DNA of 41,624 bases from Candidatus Aenigmatarchaeota archaeon (GTDB taxonomy: Archaea; Aenigmatarchaeota; Aenigmatarchaeia; QMZS01), in contig JAUWTN010000002.1 in the NCBI GenBank assembly GCA_030614705.1, forward strand, positions 1-41,624, given 5' to 3'. The notes beneath the pieces were generated by a model. That model ran no database searches. It was not told the DNA's origin and worked only from the letters and a program-made list of their open reading frames with translations. Position 1 is the first letter of the stretch. Every line of letters starts with the position of its first letter. Shown here in pieces: positions 35,237 to 41,624 of this stretch. The translations under genes and the position numbers were made by a program.

Positions 35237-36838
35237 TCATTCAAAATTGAAATTTATTAAACCAGTGTTCTCAAAAAAAATCACATTTTCATTATCTTTC
35301 ATGGCTTCGATTGTTTTATCAATTATACTAACTGCGCATATCCATGCAGACTCTTTGTAGGTTTTATAATCAAACTCTGGGGTCCTCAATAAATATACAT
35401 CCCAACCCTCTTTCGGAATCCACAATGGTCCGAGATAAAAAGGAATATTATCCACTTTTTTTGCAAAATTTGAATAAGGGATTATGCCTCTTAGATAAGT
35501 TGGTTTTGGGGAAACAGGCAACTCAGTCCCGTCCAGTCTGCAAAAAGCATAAGGATTGTAAAGATTATAATTTCCATCTTCTTCCATGCAAAACCATGTT
35601 GATCTTTTATCTAAACCTGTTGTATCAGAAGCTATCTTCAAATATTCTAATTGAATTAACTCAGGCGAGGATCTGCACTGGTCCCAATTAATCTCTCTCC
35701 CCTCAAAATCTTTAACATCCCGGTATAAATTTGAGACCTCAATTCCATTTGGAACTTTTGCCCTGCAAGGATAAATCAAAATATCTTTTACAGAATTTGC
35801 ACCTGAATCTTCCTTGAATAAATCTTCCTGCAAAGTCTTAAAATCATAAACAAATTTCCTATCCTCAAGCACATCAAGATAATAAACAATCTGGAAATAT
35901 ATGGAATCTATTTTTTCAGTCTCCCATATTTTCACCCCATCATTGGCGGTAACATAAACCTCAAGAACTGGTTCAATCACAGCAAAACTGGGGCAACATT
36001 CATCAACAACATTAAAGACAAAAGAACATTCATATTTCTCAGAAGAAATCACTCTGCAGATTCTATTGCCATAACTGTCATCCATGCTCATTAAATCAGC
36101 TATGCCAAATGAATTTTCATCCACACCCAGAGTCTTCAGGTAATTATTCTTTTCAGAATACCTGTCCGCAATATATTTCACGCTTAAATTTACATTATCA
36201 GGTGATTCATCAAAACGATAATTTTTTGATGTATAATATTTCCGCAATTCATTCAGGTCTATTGTCAAAGTTAAATCAACTTTTCCGAAAGATTCGTCTG
36301 TGTTAAGATGACAAACATCCTCATCGCATATTGCAGGAGATTGTGTAGAACCTCCAAAATTATCAGTTACCAAAGGATAAAACGCAATTACTGGAGAAAT
36401 TGGTTTTCTGACATCAAATTTAATACCAATGTTATTCAAGGGAGTAAATAAATGATTGAATAAAACATTTGTCAGATGCGGAAGATAATCTAATTCAATA
36501 TTATCTGAAGAAGGAATCCCGATATATTCTTTGATATAAACATTATTTGTAGGGAAAACAAAATCCCTTGAATCTCTGTTTGTTTCATCATAAATTTTAC
36601 CAAAATCAAGGGTGGTATTGCCATCAACAATTAATTTTTCCCCGAACCACACAACTGGAGGGAGAACAAAAGTTTTTGTGTCCGCAGATTCCAAAGACAT
36701 CCAAACCCCTTTTGGCATTCCCATATAATTATCATGATCTTCACCTGAAAAAAGAGTTCCGGTTAACACAAAAAATATACCTAAAGATACTACAGCCATC
36801 ACCAACATTGCCATGGACTCTACAGCCATTCCTTTCAT
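35237..36838 (-). CDS. Large extracytoplasmic protein with a prepilin-like N-terminus (533 aa)
   Basis: MKG MAVESMAMLVMAVVSLGIFFVLTG: a short basic stretch ending in Gly, then a hydrophobic helix. About 11 Cys. No other family recognised. Confidence 0.8.
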   Translation of the reverse strand: MKGMAVESMAMLVMAVVSLGIFFVLTGTLFSGEDHDNYMGMPKGVWMSLESADTKTFVLPPVVWFGEKLIVDGNTTLDFGKIYDETNRDSRDFVFPTNNVYIKEYIGIPSSDNIELDYLPHLTNVLFNHLFTPLNNIGIKFDVRKPISPVIAFYPLVTDNFGGSTQSPAICDEDVCHLNTDESFGKVDLTLTIDLNELRKYYTSKNYRFDESPDNVNLSVKYIADRYSEKNNYLKTLGVDENSFGIADLMSMDDSYGNRICRVISSEKYECSFVFNVVDECCPSFAVIEPVLEVYVTANDGVKIWETEKIDSIYFQIVYYLDVLEDRKFVYDFKTLQEDLFKEDSGANSVKDILIYPCRAKVPNGIEVSNLYRDVKDFEGREINWDQCRSSPELIQLEYLKIASDTTGLDKRSTWFCMEEDGNYNLYNPYAFCRLDGTELPVSPKPTYLRGIIPYSNFAKKVDNIPFYLGPLWIPKEGWDVYLLRTPEFDYKTYKESAWICAVSIIDKTIEAMKDNENVIFFENTGLINFNFE

Positions 36839-36948
36839 TATGGACCGGGCACCGCATTAAGAAACATGGTAAAAATTGCAATAATTATTACTGCTACCAC
36901 AAATAAAGCAATCAGACCAACAACCATATTAATAGACATTCCTTTCAT
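36838..36948 (-). CDS. 36-aa MKG micro-protein C (MKGMSINMVVGLIALFVVAVIIIAIFTMFLNAVPGP)
   Basis: Own translation. Its TAA shares one base with the ATG of the 533-aa gene (TAATG). Confidence 0.5.
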   Translation of the reverse strand: MKGMSINMVVGLIALFVVAVIIIAIFTMFLNAVPGP

Positions 36949-37037
36949 GTTGGGAAAATATTTGCTACTGAAAATATTAACAATACCAACAAAAGACCTG
37001 CTATCAGATAAAATATAAGCATAAAATTTCCTTTCAT
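36945..37037 (-). CDS. 30-aa MKG micro-protein B (MKGNFMLIFYLIAGLLLVLLIFSVANIFPT)
   Basis: Own translation, with ATGA overlaps at both ends. Confidence 0.45.
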   Translation of the reverse strand: MKGNFMLIFYLIAGLLLVLLIFSVANIFPT

Positions 37038-37177
37038 GATGGTATTAAACCAGGCAATATTTTAAGCATATTTAAACCATATTCTGAACTCCACATGGCA
37101 ATTCCAACAAAAACCGCAATAACAATAAGAACTACTATGACCCAAAACAATAAATCCGTAGTTATTCCTTTTTTCAT
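37034..37177 (-). CDS. 47-aa MKKG micro-protein A (MKKGITTDLLFWVIVVLIVIAVFVGIAMWSSEYGLNMLKILPGLIPS)
   Basis: Own translation. It is the first cistron of the operon. A TTTATTATA box lies ~25 nt upstream, inside the 5' end of the divergent fni gene. Confidence 0.5.
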   Translation of the reverse strand: MKKGITTDLLFWVIVVLIVIAVFVGIAMWSSEYGLNMLKILPGLIPS

Positions 37178-37188
37178 AATATTAATAT

Positions 37189-38208
37189 ATGAGTATAATA
37201 AACAGGAAAAAACAGCACATCAAAATATGCCTGAAAGAGAAAGTTGAGGAAAAGAGCTATTTTGATGATATTGTTCGTGTGTATAATGCGTTGCCGGATG
37301 TAGACTTTGATGAAATAAACACAAAAGTCGAATTTCTCGGGAAAGAATTAAATTTACCGCTGATAATTTCTTCCATGACAGGGGGGACAGAAGAAGCAAA
37401 AGAAATAAATAAAATTCTTGCAAAAGTCGCTGAAAACAAAAAGATTGGTTTTGCGGTGGGTTCGCAGAGAGCAATGATAGAAAATAAAGAATTAAGCGAA
37501 ACTTTTTTTGTAAGAGATGTTGCTCCATCAACACTTGTTCTTGGAAATATTGGCATCCCAAATTTAAATGAATTAAGTTCTGAAGAAATAAAAAATGCCA
37601 TAAAGGAAATCGGAGCTGATGGATTATTTATTCATTTAAATCCAGCGCAGGAAATTGCGCAAAAAGAAGGTGATATAAACTTTAAAAATTCCATTAAGTT
37701 ATTAAAGAAGTTGGTCTCTGAGTTAGACTTCCCAATAATTGCTAAAGAAGTTGGTCAGGGAATTAGTAAAGAAACCGGAGAGGTATTGAAAAAATGCGGA
37801 GTAAAAGCAATTGATGTTGCCGGAGTAGGGGGAACCAACTGGATAAAAGTTGAAACTTTCAGGGGAGGAAGTATCCCGGATAGTTTACTTAACTTTGGAA
37901 TCCCAACAACATGTTCTCTTCTTGAATTAAAAAATCTTGGGGTTGATTTAATCTCAAGCGGGGGAATAAGAAATGGATTGGATATTGCAAAATCAATTGC
38001 GCTTGGAGCAAAGATTTGCGGAATTGCTTTGCCATTTTTGAAGGCTTATGAAAAAGGCGGGGAAGAAGAGGTTATAAAATATGTTGATAGAATTGAAAAA
38101 GAATTGAAAACAGTAATGTTCTTGGTTGGTGCAAAAAATATTGAGGAACTAAGAAATAAAAGGTACATTTTGAGAGGACTTACTAAAGAATGGGGTGAGC
38201 AGATTTAA
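37189..38208 (+). CDS. fni: Isopentenyl-diphosphate delta-isomerase, type 2 (FMN-dependent)
   Basis: RKKQHIKICL, ISSMTGGT, AKEVGQGIS, DVAGVGGTNW, SGGIRNGLDIAKSIALGA. Confidence 0.93.
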   Translation: MSIINRKKQHIKICLKEKVEEKSYFDDIVRVYNALPDVDFDEINTKVEFLGKELNLPLIISSMTGGTEEAKEINKILAKVAENKKIGFAVGSQRAMIENKELSETFFVRDVAPSTLVLGNIGIPNLNELSSEEIKNAIKEIGADGLFIHLNPAQEIAQKEGDINFKNSIKLLKKLVSELDFPIIAKEVGQGISKETGEVLKKCGVKAIDVAGVGGTNWIKVETFRGGSIPDSLLNFGIPTTCSLLELKNLGVDLISSGGIRNGLDIAKSIALGAKICGIALPFLKAYEKGGEEEVIKYVDRIEKELKTVMFLVGAKNIEELRNKRYILRGLTKEWGEQI

Positions 38209-38220
38209 AATTAGAATCAA

Positions 38221-38691
38221 CTAAAATAATTTTGCTTGTGGATACCTATCATCATAGTAACTGGTTTTAATTTCATTTAACTTTTCTTCAAACAAGCCCA
38301 AATATTCTAATCTTTCTTCGTCTGTTATTTTGCACAAGTCCTTAAGTGGATCCAAAGAATCGATAACCCGGCAAGAATCTTCACCCTCACATTCATACAA
38401 ATTAATTGTTATTGTATTTCTCTTAGTATGTTTATATTCTATTTTTTTATAATTAATATTACCTCCATCTAATTTCAGAGAAAGTCCATAATCACCTGTT
38501 TCAAATAATTCCTCCAATTTTTCTATATCACCTTCATAAAAAAGACCATTAATATCAACTACCCGAAAATTACTATCATACTTCTGATATGCTACGATTG
38601 TTTCCGGACAATTTTCAGTCAACCAATCAACTTTTTTGATTATCTCTCTAATTTTATATTCAATAGGGTTTTTTCTTTCTAAAATTGACAT
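38221..38691 (-). CDS. Hypothetical protein (156 aa)
   Basis: ORF only. It starts ~77 nt downstream of the 23S 3' end on the same strand. Confidence 0.6.
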   Translation of the reverse strand: MSILERKNPIEYKIREIIKKVDWLTENCPETIVAYQKYDSNFRVVDINGLFYEGDIEKLEELFETGDYGLSLKLDGGNINYKKIEYKHTKRNTITINLYECEGEDSCRVIDSLDPLKDLCKITDEERLEYLGLFEEKLNEIKTSYYDDRYPQAKLF

Positions 38692-38767
38692 AATTTATAG
38701 GTTAAATTAATTATCCATAAAAACAAAAAATTGAGGATTTGAAATAGGTACAAGGAATAAAGCATTT

Positions 38768-41624
<2,857 letters not shown>

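Overview
Visibly AT-rich, tightly packed archaeal chromosome fragment. The archaeal assignment rests on a thermosome, aIF2-beta, Rpo3/RpoD, FtsZ, FtsY, uS10/uS8/uL30, type-2 IPP isomerase, a tRNA-Tyr with the archaeal C1:G72/A73 identity set, and a 23S rRNA. The style (many orphan genes, housekeeping genes outside their usual operons, TATA boxes about 25 nt upstream of start codons) suggests a small-genome DPANN-like lineage; that is an inference. About half of the roughly 55 coding regions have no motif I can name. Four items deserve most attention. (1) A 5.5-kb minus-strand operon at 31636-37177 encodes ten membrane-anchored or secreted products: three overlapping micro-ORFs plus larger proteins starting MK(K)G followed by a hydrophobic helix (prepilin-like), a 533-aa protein, an 805-aa Cys-rich von Willebrand A protein, and small Cys-rich proteins. 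I read it as a candidate undescribed surface-filament or adhesion system. (2) An orphan cluster at 2882-9260 contains two very divergent Gfo/Idh/MocA-type oxidoreductases and is split into three units by a duplicated 30-bp palindrome+TATA cassette. (3) The 23S rRNA has changes at normally invariant peptidyl-transferase-centre and sarcin-ricin-loop positions, several apparently compensated, plus two AT-rich 58-60-nt insertions in conserved helices. (4) The tRNA-Tyr gene is interrupted twice. I saw no CRISPR array, transposase or integrase. All homology calls come from motif recognition by eye, not from searches.
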